This document shows, piece by piece, positions 24,001 to 45,831 of a stretch of 64,000 nt of DNA. The first letter of the stretch is position 1. Each line of letters begins with the position of its first letter. The DNA lies in the NCBI GenBank assembly GCA_964247055.1, contig OZ176056.1, positions 992,001 to 1,056,000 on the forward strand, given 5' to 3'. The DNA is from Paragordius varius (lineage: Eukaryota > Animalia > Nematomorpha). A model generated the notes under the pieces. The model was not told the origin of the DNA, ran no database searches, and was given only the letters and a program-made list of their open reading frames with translations. Both the position numbers and the translations under genes were made by a program.

Positions 24001-24418
24001 AAAATTAAGTCCACCCAGGAAATCAATTCTGTTGAATAATAATAACCGTCAAAAGCTATCGTTAACCAGTGACAATGGGAAATTGCTTGAAGAAGAGGAT
24101 GAAAATATGTCCGCTCTCCTAACAGAACATCAATCTACGAAAATTTCTAGTGTTTTACCCACAGTACCCTTGCAATCAAACAAAGAAAATGGAACAAATT
24201 ATGACACGCTTGTTAAAAGTTATACACAACAACACCCCAAGAATTTAGATGCAATGCTAAACTACAATGAATCTCAGTGTTTTTCAAATTATAAAAGTGT
24301 AGTTTCTCAAGAACCAATATCAAACTTTGAAACTTTGAAAAATTCACAAAATGATCCATTAAAAATCGATCAAGGACATGCAAAATCCTTAGCTTCTACA
24401 ACAACTTATAATATTTAG
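15063..24418 (+). CDS. BEST: Bestrophin (Ca2+-activated anion channel), ~1040 aa with long C-terminal tail
   Basis: Exons 15063-15137, 16763-16866, 16973-17107, 17474-17640, 18580-18737, 18882-18959, 19289-19438, 20049-20129, 20333-20484, 21232-21354, 21695-21916, 22279-22397, 22468-22620, 22940-23281, 23355-24418. Motifs: [11 protein letters not shown]|[43 protein letters not shown]|[13 protein letters not shown] (Ca clasp), WLGST. Exons 1-9 are firm by homology; tail exons rest on phase continuity only. Paralogue not assignable. Confidence 0.93.
17678..18195 (+). mobile_element. Full-length copy of the TTAA MITE family in bestrophin intron 4
   Basis: Colinear with the 11485-12644 outer copy; ends ..ggagtg|ttaa. 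Other copies at ~51793-52272 (5'-truncated) and ~35225-35600 (reverse, diverged). Confidence 0.8.
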
Positions 24419-24654
24419 CTTTAATGAATGGGACAAAATATTATTTAATCTTAACTCTTTATTCACCATTTCAGTCCTCAAAATAAATATTTATTCATAA
24501 AAAATTTCGTATTTATTGAGAAACGTGCATAGATATATAAAAAATTGAAGATGTAAAAATAGTTATAAATATTTTGGCATATTTCATGGAAGCTCGTGTT
24601 TTTTTAGTAAAAAATTGCATAGTAAATAATTTTCAATATCTAATATCAAATAAT

Positions 24655-27600
24655 TTAGAAAATGCCTATAGATTTGTAAATTGTAGTATCATTTGATAGA
24701 AGGCCAACTTTAACAAGTTGACTTGATGAATATAAGCTGGGTAAGTCATGTGTTTGAACGCGTGTTAAATGTTGAAAATGGCATGGTTGAGAAATATTTA
24801 ATTTTTTATCAACGAGCTTTTTCCCACTGCTGTTTCGGGAATATCGGACAATCTTTTTAGCCAAACTGGTATTAGTTATTATATTGTAATTGTTTGTAGA
24901 AAGACATTTTTTCAGTGGCTTGGAATTTGTTTGTGGGTTAGCGATTTCTGTGTTATGTAAGCTTTTCACCTGACAATGATTTCCCAGGTTTTGCGGACGA
25001 TACGATTGATTCCTTAATCGATTTACATTCTCAAGTGATTTAGATCGTTGTTTCATTGTGTTAAAACTTTTATTACTGTCATTGCTTTTATGATGCTGTG
25101 TTGCTGTTAATAGCTCATTTCTATCTACAATTGGTTTTTCACCATATTTTTTGGTGACAAATATTTGAGTAAATGGATTCCCTTTACACGGCTTTGGCTT
25201 AAAATTCATATTGTCTTTTAAAAGAGAGGCTGGTTTCGTCATTTCGTTTTCGTTACATGTTGTGTTTGGATTCGAAAGTATATTTAAAATATTTTCAATT
25301 TCTTCTGTCAATTGATTGCTACATTGCAGCTCTGGAAATTTTAAACCAACTTTAGGTTGCGTAAAAGAATATAAAAGGGAACATTTATTGTTTGTGATTA
25401 TAGGGCCTTTGGAAGGTCCGTTTTTATGAATAATATGAATGTTTTCGTTGTCATCTATTTCGTACAATTTAATGCCTGATTTAGGCGTGAATTGCTCCTT
25501 TTTTGGAAATAATTCATGTTGATGCTGACTGTTCCCTTCTTTGGATGGCGTATTGTTTTGGCGAATGTTTGATTCATAGTCAATAATATCCGCTTTCCAA
25601 AGAATAAACCCAGTTTTCGGTTCAGCTATGACTAGTGAAATTTTATTTAGCGGGCCATCAAGTGTGGTGGATACACGTTTAGTTATGTTGCGTTTATTGG
25701 ATCTAAAATTTCCGATATTCGGTTTTTGGCACGGATTCCGGGTAAAAAATGTTTTTGACCGCTTTATACATTTCTTTTCAATTACGGAATCCATAATTGA
25801 CTGAAAATTTTTTGATGGTATAACTATCTTGTTAGTCTGATCATTAATGTTATCTAATGTTGAATCCTTTGATTTACCAGAGTGCTCAATTATATATTCG
25901 GTTTTTTGGTTGGGATTCCTTCTGGTTGGAGATGTTATGCTTAATAAATTATCAGTATGCCCATCTTTATTAGTTGCTAGTAGCAAAGGAATGCCTATGA
26001 ATTTAGTTGTCCATCCCTTGTAAGTTGATTCTGTTTCTTTATTGGTTTCATATGGGTCCGCAAAATCGTCTAAATTCTGACTTAAAACGCTTTCTGCTTT
26101 TTGCGATTTCGTCGAATGTGCAAATTTTCTATCAGTTTGTTCATATACCTTGAAATCAAACGTACTGCTTTTGTTTTGATGGAGAAAATTTATTTTTTCC
26201 AGGGGAAAATCAATCGATTGATTTCCGTGATACATTGTTTTACGTTGATCTGAAGGGGGTGGTCTATATGAAGCCCTTAAACGAGAGTTAATAAATTTAT
26301 TGCTAAGTCGATTAGGGGTTGATCTAGTAAAATATCCAACTTCTTTCCTATTTTGCCACAAGGACGGATCCGTACTTGGAATCAAATTTCTGTCCTCGTA
26401 AGAATCATTGGGTATGACGGGTACCATTAGCTCTACTAATGCCTCTGAGATGTATAAAATTTGGCTGGTTTTACTTGCGTAAAATAGGCGTAACCTATTT
26501 ATATCACTTTGTTGGACTTTCATCAAACTGCTTTTATCCCCAATCATAAAATTAAACTGTGGATTTTCTTTCATCATTGTTGTTCGACTGGGGTTTGGAG
26601 TAATTTGTTTTGTCAATTTATTCAAATGATATGGTGTAAAAAGAGTTTTTTGGGGACTAACAGCCTTTAAAACATTCTTCTGACCTATATGATATTCCGA
26701 TCTGAATGATAAACGATCGAAATCATCTGTATTGCTTGTTATAGAATTGGTCATTGGAAAATGTTTTGCAGGTTTTTTAAGTATAGGTCCAGATTTATCC
26801 TTATCTGATTCAAAGCTTTTGTTGTTAACAGTAGAGTTTCGACTACTCATGAAACTAAGTAGGGTGTCGTTTTTATTCGGAATATTGGTGACATATGTCG
26901 CGTTGGAATACTCATTTATAGTCCGACCTTGATTCGGACATAAAATCGAATTATTCCCAAAATATTCCACATAATTCGATGTAAACATAGGTTTTGGTCT
27001 CATCATAATTGGAGTTGTTTGAATCCATGATTTTGCTGGAGTTAGCAAGTAATCATTTTTATTCAACTCATCTAGTGTTGTTGTTCCTCCAATTAGTTCA
27101 GATTTCATTTGTGAATGATGTTTTATGGGTGTAGAAGTTAGTTCCGGTCCAAATAACCCATGAACTGAAGTAATTTTACAAGGATTTTCGTGTAAATCTA
27201 CTGGGGTTTTAATCGTTTGACCATTATACTTACAATTCAATGATGTAGTATTAACATTGTATTTACTGTTACTGCCCATAGGTTTTGGCGAAAGACCAGT
27301 AAATCCAGAATGGAGTGAGGCTTCATAATACCCGCTGTCTACTCGAGTTACTCTTTTATCATTAGATGATGTATTATGTTTTAATTTATTTAGAATCTCT
27401 GCTTTTATATCTACAGTTTTTCCAGAATCTTCGAATAATAATTTATCATCAGATTTTAAGGTATCGGCATCATCAAATCTCATGGCTGGCAAATTATCAT
27501 TTATAAACACGCTTTCTTTCTTTATAACCATGTTCTCAGGCGAAATAAATGGTTTAGATAAAATACTACCCATTGGAGAACTGTTTAAATCCCTTAGTGA

Positions 27601-28062
27601 TTCGATTAATTCATCTAATAGGATTGTGGAATATTTTGTTTCGAATTCATCATTCTTAACAATAATCTTGTTTCCTTGGTGGCAATCAATTTGGAATTTC
27701 GATCCGATCTAGATTATAATAAAATTTTGTTAAATCAAAATTTATAAAACAGGATTACGGGAAAATAACTTTTTTTTCTTTATTAAGAAAATTTTTATAT
27801 CTCAAGGTTTTTCTCACATTAAACAATTGGTTGGTTGGTTGTTCGTTACATTTATATTTTTATTCTCTAATGAGCCTTAATGAGAATATAAATTCTCTTT
27901 ATGTTATTATATTATATATATGGATTAAACAATGGTTAGTTTTTCTTTTATCAACAATAATAAAAGAATTATTTGGCATCAGATCAAAATTATATGTCCT
28001 TTATTAATTAATATCAATTATATAAAATTTGAAAGATATACCTCGAATATATCGGATTCCAT
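24655..28062 (-). CDS. MESR3-like protein: dispersed WH1/EVH1(PH-fold)-like elements plus C-terminal CRIB-like motif, ~1024 aa
   Basis: The 972-aa track ORF stays open upstream to an acceptor at 27709 (exon 27708-24655, 3054 nt); candidate first exon 28062-28042 (MESDIFE|gtatat, phase 0). Motifs ISEALVEL, GWTTKFIGIPLLL, ISLVIAEPKTGFILWK, KVGLKF, IENILNILSNP and ISQPCHFQHLTRV resemble, from memory, arthropod MESR3-type proteins. Family name is tentative. Confidence 0.6.
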
Positions 28063-31000
28063 ATTTCTTTTCGTTAAACTAAATATTGATATGCTTAAAA
28101 ATGATTTTGTATTTTCAAATTAATAATGAAATTTTAAGAATTATTTCAAATCTAGTTGATATAATCTGTGGTATTGTTATTTAGCGAACAGAAAATGCAA
28201 ATTCATAAAACTGATTCAGGAAGGATAAAAAATATTCCTTTATAATTAAGAGATTAATCTGGTTTACTTTGAGACTTTCTTGGATATATAATATACAGTT
28301 TTTTCAAAAAAAAAATATTTGTGGAACCAAATACAACTTTAAATATGAATTAGTCAGCGGAAAAAGTTTTATAAAAAAAGGAAAAATAAGAAGATTAATA
28401 ATAAAAAATAAAAATATGAGGTGTATAAGAAAGGTGTGATGTATATATGTAAAATCATTATTTAACATGTATAGCAAAGGAAGTAGGATAAATGTAATAC
28501 AAATCACACTAAAACATGGATTTAATTAACATAAATTATTTATATAAATGTGGATTAGTATGGAATTAGCAAAGTGTCTGATAAAGATTTTTCAAAATTA
28601 ATTTCAAAATATTTCACACAATTTTCTTTTAAAATTAACTTTTTTTTATAAAACAACAATTACTTTAAAAATATTTGTGGTGCCAACAAGGAAAGGAAGT
28701 CCGTATATTCTGATAATAATCAAAACTTATTTTTAAATATTTATTTTATATTGTATTATGTGTAAAAATATCTTTCAGATATAATCTATATTTTAAGTCC
28801 ATTTTTTATGTACTATTTCCATAGGAACAAAAAAATCTTGATTAAACAATATAATGGATAAATAAATATGATGTAGCTTCCTTTTTACAAATATATTCTC
28901 AAAGATTACTTCCTATTCTCGACATACATTTCTTTTTTTATCAAAAAATATTTTTTAAAATTTTTTTTATAAATCCATATTGTCAATATTCTTAATTTAA
29001 GGATTTCAAAGAAAAATAGTAAGTCTATTTAGGTGTGAAAAGTCAAAATATGCGACAAAAAGAAAATATTTAGAAAATTTTTTTTATTTATAGATTTATT
29101 TATTGAAATACAATTTAAGCATATTATCAAATAATTTAATATAACAGTAAAAATGTTACATTGTTATAAACTTTCTCACTCATACATGGTTAATAGATAC
29201 AGTAGAATATATGGTATTAAAAAGATAGTCCATAATTATATAATCAAAATATGTGTTAAATAAAGGGGAAAAATTGTTTTTTAACCATTTGTCATTTATT
29301 ACCATACGTTACTGTACAATGGATACTTTTTTATACTATATAAATCCACCTCATTTTTTAAAATAAAAAAAATTGTGACCTCTGATGTCCTGCCTGTCTT
29401 TATTATTACGCTCTATTTTATCTGTCTCACACATTAACAAAAAAAATTGTATAAAAAACTTTTTTATAATATTTACTTTTGAATAAGTATATTATATATA
29501 TATATATATTTAAAGTATAACTGTTTCTTAAAATAAAGTAATGATAATATAACAGAATCTTGTGAATATTCTTATTTGTATAAACTATAAATATATAAAA
29601 AATGTTACATTTTGTATGGGAAAAAATATTTTTTTAACAAAAATATTATTTATTTGTCGTCTCTTTTATAATAAAATTATTTAATTCAATAGATATTAAT
29701 ATTTAAAACATTTATATTTCGGAAAAAATAATACTAATTTTGCATTTAACTTTAATATTAAAAAATGTTCATAATAATATAATTATTAATTAATCAAACT
29801 CTGATTTGGCGCTAAAGTGTAGTAAATATAAATTTAATGTATTTTAGATTATCTAATTTTTAATATATCGAATTATATTTTTAGAAATCTCACCTTACAA
29901 GTTGGTGATATATATCATAAATATATTAATTTGTCATTTTGATGTTAAAAATAATATGTAATCTATATACATTGTAAAAAAAGGATAATTAAACTTTGTT
30001 TTTGCATTTTAGGTATTTTTTCCACATCTAATAAACCTAAAAACATACTAAAAAAGAATTAATAAAATCTTCCGATATTAATGATATGGCAAATTGAGAA
30101 TTTATATATTTATCTTTTTAAGCTTACTACCTACTAACACTTGACCCCTAAAGCCTTATATATAAAAATTGTAATTAACTTTTAAGCTTAATAAAATAAT
30201 AAAGCAGAGAGTTTTAAAAAAATTATTTTTTTAAAATTTTATTTAGAATCATATATACTTAAGGTAATAATGTCAAACACCAAAGGTGGACCATATATAA
30301 AAATTTGTAATGATAAATAATTTAATATGGTTTTCGGGCATGTATGAGTAATCAAAATTATTTTATGAATCATTAATGCGACATAATTAATTTTTATTTT
30401 AAGCAAATATTCAAAAGTAATAAATGAGGTGTTATAAATAGTTACATATATTTTCGATGTGAATTAACATAAGATGTCAGAAAATATTTTAAAATAAAAC
30501 CTATTTTAGTAATAAATATATTGCAATCCATAAATTTTAAGCGATAATACGGTGTTTACACAATCAAAAATCAAATTGATTTGATTGCAACCAATATTTT
30601 TTTTATTGAGGTTTGATTAAATTTTTGTAAAACACGAACATATTACCAATAAGTAAATGATTTTAAAGTAGTTATGATTAAACAAAATATAAAAATCGAA
30701 GTTAAAAACCAATTTTTCATATTATTTAATTTGTAAAATGGACCTACTATTGCGTTTAAGATTATTTAATGCAATTGGTTCTTATTTTATTAAACAGTTA
30801 AATGGTTTGAAAACGATTTGAAATTTGATTATCTCAACGGTATTTAAAATAAATTTTTTTTAAAAAAAATATAAAATTGTAAACTCATCTCAAACTTTTT
30901 TGCCACCATTTGTTATAAAATTTTTTGAATTGGCTAATGCAACAGGCAAATTATTATGGTTATAAAATGTAAATAACTTTAAAAGGCTCTCCTCAGGCTT

Positions 31001-31465
31001 ACATTTTACAGTAAAAAGTTGATTTATATCAGCTGTTGTTTTAATCGTGTTTTGGAGCTGTCCCAATTTCAGACTCTATAAGTCTCAAAACTGTAAAAAT
31101 ATGAGATATTTATCAAATATATGTTTGATAATCACAATTTTAACTAAAATAACATTTAAAACTATAGTTTATTTACAAAAATGAGCTTGAATAAATAATC
31201 TACCCCAAAAGGTTAACTAGGACAAACAAGTTAAAAGGTAATAAAGTGTTAATTGGTTTCGGCTGTATCTTTGTAAAAAAATTTAGGCTGCAAATTTACT
31301 TTGATAAATATAAATCGTTTATGCAATAGGGAACAACAAAATATATTTTAATTATTAAAATAATTCAAAATATTTTTAGAATTCTGTTTGCATATTCAAA
31401 ACTGTAAAAAAGGTTTCAAATCTCATATATAAACGCCCGTCAAATCGGAAATTAATGCTGTAAAG

Positions 31466-33753
31466 CAGTGGTACTCACCAAAAAAATTTAACGGGCCAAA
31501 TAAAATATATTTTTTTTCGAGGGCCATGAAGATTATAATGGCAAATATTCCATAGCTATTTGATACATATGCACTTATACTCTAAATCAGCACAATGGTT
31601 TTTGCGGATAGCATAATCCAGCTAAAAACCCGTTTTGCACCATTTAGTTTATAAAATTAAAATATTTTGATAACAGCAGTATTGGACATTAACCAATATT
31701 TTTGACAAAAATTTGGTTTCACATCATGACCAATTTTACAAAGTCCTCCATATAATCATCGATTAAGCGATTTCTGTGTATATTCCTTACATACTTTATT
31801 TTTAAATATGACCTCTCACACGTGTAAGTTGTGGGAAAAACAGTTAGGATAACATGAGCACATTTTTTTATATTTTCATATTTATTTGGTCTTGCCAAAA
31901 TTCCACATATCTTTTTTCCTACGATTCTCCTTGAATATATCAAATCGGAATCATTTAAAATCTACAAATTCTTCAACAAAATGCGCCTGATCTATACCGA
32001 AATGCTCAAGTTGCTTAATATTGTATATATCCATATGGCATGTATTTTCAACGAGTTTTAAGCAATTTTTAATATTTCTTTTGAAACCTTAATTTAATTT
32101 CATTAGATAAAAATATTAAATGAATGTCTATTATTAAATTAATCTCCGCTGTCATATTTATGAATTTGGAAAATATAGGAGTGTTTTATTTATAAAATCT
32201 TGTATATATATTTTAGTTTTTTTTTCATAAGCATATATATAATTAGCAAATTGGGTTATTATTTTGTTCCCCTTGACTTGTATTAAATATACTAAGTTTA
32301 TAAGTAATGTCGCAAAGGTCTACTAAAAACCATTTGTCACTATCAATTTCCTCGTCAAACTTTCTGTTAAAATAATAGAATTTCATGTCTTAAAACAGAA
32401 AATCTTTTATATACTTTGCTAATGTACAAAAGAATATCATCTAACTCACTGTGGAGCGGTTGAATTCTCTGCAACGAATGTGATAAACTTTATACACAAC
32501 CGTTTTAATAACTGAAGAAGTCATCTTTTACACACGAAACCAAGTTTTGCTGATGAATAACGCAGTGAAAGCATAAAATATTTTGCAAATTATTTGTTTT
32601 CTAAAAAGAGATATAAACTCCTTTGTTTGTTCCTATCATTGAGGGAGAGCTAGCAGATCGTAACCAATTTATACGTATACTATTATTATCGAAAAAAGTG
32701 CTTTCGTGAAAACTTCCTTTCGTTATACATTGGTAAAAATTAATAATATTCCTCGTTGATTATGTTGTCGTTGCAAAATCGCACGAATAGCGCCCATTGA
32801 TGTGTTGAACTAATATCAATGCTAGAATCAATAGCAACACTAAAATATTTTCAGTTTTCAGAGTTTTAAAATATATTTAAACATATCTTTAATGCGTCTA
32901 TTAAATCATAAGTTTTTTAATTTGCCTCCGATTTGAATTATGGAATTAAATGAAAAAGTGCAACCATTTATTAAATATTCTTTTATTAATTGGGAATGGT
33001 TTTATATTTTTCCTAAAAAATAGCAAATTTCATACAAAGCTAATGTTAAACTTTTTCCTGGTTGCCATGGAAACAATAGATTTTTCTTTCTGGTATAATT
33101 CTTTTTGTATTTTTCGTTTTCCGCATTCTGTTAATTAATGAGAAATTTAAATTGTAAAATGCCTTTCAATATTGTATTTTTTATAACTATGTTCTCCTTA
33201 CATATAAGGCAGTTAACAACATTATAATTCAAAATTTTTCTTCCCATTCCGTTTTAAAGCGATTTTCATCGGATAATTTAAGTTTTTTAGCATTAGATGA
33301 CATTTTTGAATTTATGTTAAAATATTATATATATTTTTTAAAAATATAGGAATATAATTTAAATTATGATATAAAAAAACAGGTTGATTTAATGATGTTG
33401 ATTTTAAAAATATTTTATAGAAATGAGTTATGATGCAGGATAGTAATAAAAGAATATGTATATGCAAGCTTGGGTGAAAGGCTAAAATACAAAAGGAATG
33501 CTATAAAAATTTCTAAATAAAAAGAAAATAGAATACAAAACAAAAACAACGTGTGCCATAATTTTGAAGTCATTTTATAGGGAAATTTTACATATTGGGT
33601 AAAAAATAAAAATTATTAAAATTAATCTAAAGAAAAATTCGTTTATGTGTATTTTAAAAATTAAAAATATTTAAATATTAATATGGTCATAGGGCAATTT
33701 AAAGCACTCTTAGGGCCGCATGCGGCCCGCGAGCCGCGGTTTGAGTATCACTG
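31466..33753 (-). mobile_element. Decayed full-length hAT DNA transposon (Charlie/Buster, GTF2IRD2-like transposase), 2288 bp
   Basis: TIRs CAGTGGTACTCA / TGAGTATCACTG with a perfect 8-bp TSD CTGTAAAG (31458-31465, 33754-33761). Minus-strand remnants with stops: FSVAIDSSIDISS..ALFVR, PSMIGTNKG, FHCVIHQQNL (CxxH), and hATC-like ILTVFPTTYTCERSYLKIKY (ORF 31719-31943). Confidence 0.9.
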
Positions 33754-34407
33754 CTGTAAAGTTTTAATATATTAAGCACGCCAAGAATATATGGTTTTAA
33801 AACAAATACCATAAAAAAGTTTTATCCACAAAATACAATTTATTGCAAACTTCGTTAAATTTTGTTTCTATAAATAAATTTCATTATAAAAACTTTTTTT
33901 GAAAATTTGAGATTTTTTGATAAAATTACACTGTTAAATTAAATATCAAAAGACCATATTTAATAATACCTATTTTAAAGAATTAAATTATTTTCCTGTT
34001 TGAAATAAAATATTTACCAAATTTTATGGTTAAAAAATTTGCCTATTTAATTAAAATAAGATTAAAAACATAAATATTATTCGATGCATTAATTAAATAG
34101 CAGTTGTTTTTCAAACCTTAATTGCTAATTTTTTAGCGGTTTGTAGAAATTTTTAACGTACATATTAAAACTTCATGTTTAATCAAAATATATAGTGAGT
34201 GTTAAATTTCTCTTTAGGTTTAGTTGGAATGATTTGTATCATAGCCCCCCATTCAACAAAAACAATAATTTCATTTACCGGCTTATTCAAATTATATAGT
34301 ATCAACCTTACTTTCTTGAAAAGTTAATTACAGTAAAAATTAAAATTTCGACGGAGAAAACGTAAAATATAACGAGAAATATTTCTTTCAAAAGACCACT
34401 GTACTTT

Positions 34408-34792
34408 CAGGGGCGTACCGAGGGAGGGACAAGGGGGTACATCATGCCCCGGGCGCCGTTATTTAGGGGCGCCTAAATGATTTTTTAAAATTAAATTTTA
34501 ATTATTAATAAGAACTTTCAATTGGGATTTTTCACCAATTTAGGTAATAATCCCTATAATATATACTCTATTATTCACCTAATTAGTACCATTATAAATT
34601 TAGTATCATATAAATATATATATATTTAATAGATTTAAAATTTATATGACTCTGCTGTCTTAACTATATTGTTTAGGTTACAACGTTTGTATTTTTTTAC
34701 TAAATTGTTTTATTGGCTTTTAAAAAAGGGGGGGAGGGGGGCGCCATAAAAGTTTTATGCCTCGGGCGCCGCAAATGCTCGGTACGCCACTG
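34408..34792. mobile_element. 385-bp MITE with 15-bp TIR, inserted in a family C MITE
   Basis: CAGGGGCGTACCGAG ... CTCGGTACGCCACTG, flanked by the direct repeat GTACTTT (7 bp). GC-rich subterminal GGGCGCC motifs. Confidence 0.85.
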
Positions 34793-35763
34793 GTACTTTA
34801 AACTATATATTTTTTATTAAATATATCTCATTGATTAGAATTGCAAAGTATAAGTAGAGTTGTAAATCGGTATCACAATCAATTGTGCCTTCAAAATTCT
34901 GATTAAAATTATGGGAAATTAAGGCCTAAAGAAGTATGGTTATCTTTGAAAAAAAATATGTCATATTTTTACGTTCTCCGAATTTTATTATAAAACTTGT
35001 GGGAATCGAAAAATTCATGTTTAAATGTTTCAATTTCTTAAAACCACCGTTTTCAGGTATCAGGCGCTATTTTTTAACATAAATGAAAAATAAAACATTT
35101 CTTACCTATTTACCATATGTAACATTAGTATAATTAAATTGTCTATAATGAAAATAATGATAAATAATAAAACATAAAAATATGCAAAAATCCGCACAGA
35201 CCGCAATTTAGAAAATTTCCCCCAACTTTGGGTATCTAGGGACCCCACACCATATTAAAGTTGATATTTATAACAAACTACCGAAACAAATGATTTCAAT
35301 TAAAATTTAGGCTTTTTCAATATAAAAATGATATAAATAAGCCAAAATTTCTGAATGAAATTGGCTTTGAAATAGAGCCAAACTACTTCGACGCCATTTT
35401 TATTCACAACGTTTTTTTATTCTAATATTAATTAAAGTTATATTTTATTAATCATATCTAGCATTAATGACAAAAAGAGTGCCTTATTTCGCATTGCCAT
35501 ATTTAGCTAAATTACACATATCATGTTGGTTAAATTTTCATCATTTTTTAATATAAAGTTTTTTAAGAAGAATATTTTTTTAAATTTTGATTCCTCACTA
35601 TTAGATAAGAGTAAACTTTTCAATAATTTCAATTTTTAAAATTTTTTTAACTGTAACTTTAAGTCAATAAAATTTAATACATATTATTGAACCATTTTTC
35701 GAAATTGAAAATATCTGAAGTCCTAAGCTCATAAAAAAACATATTTACAAATTTATTTATATG

Positions 35764-44095
<8,332 letters not shown>

Positions 44096-44141
44096 GTTGA
44101 GGTGACGAGCTTTGAAATGAATGTATGAAGTCGTAAGAAGC

Positions 44142-45795
44142 ATGCTTTTTTTGAAGCGAAAATTTTTAAAATTCCGACACGTAAAATTTAAATTGATAGC
44201 CCATTATTGCATTTATTTGTTCTTTCTTAATTTTCTCTTATATTATGTAAGTACCTTTATGTTAATTAATGTATAGATTTATATCTTTTCTCAATCAGAC
44301 AATACCACTCGGCATAAACTTGCTATCATAGTTCCATATCGAGATAGGTTTGAGGAATTAGCCATTTTCGTGCCACATATGCATGAATTTTTACGTAAAA
44401 CACGGTATCACGATTATAAAATTTTTATCATCAATCAAACGGACAAATTAAGGTATTTTATAGATAATGATATTAATTAAATATAAAATTTTGGGTTAAT
44501 ATATTTCGATTGCGAATTTTTATCACAATTGAAAACAACAAATCATAATAAAATAGATTTTTTATCGATATATTAGTTAGGCGTCGATGATTAGTAAATA
44601 TTTTATTATAATTATCATAATATTTTTATCTTACGTTTTATCTCCTTTTAGTTATGATTTTTTACTAAATATCTCTTTGGTTTCATGATTTAACCGCATT
44701 TTAAAGCGAAATTGACATCTATCCTTTTTACACGCGTTTTTTTAAAATTTTGCTTTAGACTCTTTGGAGATTAGATACGGTTTTTATAGAGAAATTGATC
44801 AGTTTTTTACTTATTTTTTAGATTTTTACATGTATGGTTTATTTACCCACAAGTTAATTGAAGAATTCTTTTTAAAATTTCTAATTTTTATGATTTAGAT
44901 TCAATCGAGCCCTATTAATAAATATTGGGGCAGTTATAAGTGGGATGCAAGGTTTCGATTATTTTGCAATGCATGATGTCGATTTATTACCCGATAATCG
45001 CCTCATTCCATATTCTTTTCCAGAAAATTTTGCAAATTATTCTGTTGTCGATGGAAATAAAAGTGTCGTTCTTCATTTAACACCAAGTGGTATTCACCCA
45101 AGATATGACTATCCGACATTTATTGGCGGTGTCCTTATTGTACCCCAAACTGTTTTTCAAAAGGTTGATTTTTATGCTCTTTAAAAAGAAACTTGAATTA
45201 AGTTTTAGTTATAATTTACTTTTTTGATTTTAAGTTTGGTTACTTTATTTTTAGATTTTGAGGTCCTTATCGTTATATCCGATCGTGTTTTAAAAGTTTT
45301 AATTATATATACCTTTCTTACAGATTTTAATTTGAGTATGCTCGAATATATGTTGATATTTTATTTTAAAATTGGAATATGGAAATATACTGAGGTCAAT
45401 ATGTTTGAAAAAGGTTTTTTTCTTATATAAAACATTTTTGTCTAAGGTAACCATTTATTTCTTATCACTAATTCAAAAAATTATATTTTTGATTACAGAT
45501 AAATAAAAAATATAAGGCCCAAAATATCTTGAAGCTATAATCAACTAAAATTTTAACATCTTCAAATTTTACATACAAGCCAATTAAGTTAATTTTTTCA
45601 ATTTAAATTATTTTAAAAATAACATATTAATAAAAACACAATTTTTTGTCTTAAATATTTTATTTTTTTGCATAATTAACTTTTTTTACAGTACATAGCA
45701 AGCTCATTTATTTAAAGGCAAATATTTATTTATTAGCATTTTATTTAGCATGTTGATATTAAAATGACAAATGTAATTGATAATTGTATTTGTTT

Positions 45796-45831
<36 letters not shown>

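Noticed and set aside
32549-32572. CTGATGA...GAAA hammerhead-like cores (also ~57548)
   Set aside because: No stem II or flanking helices; both lie inside decayed transposase sequence.
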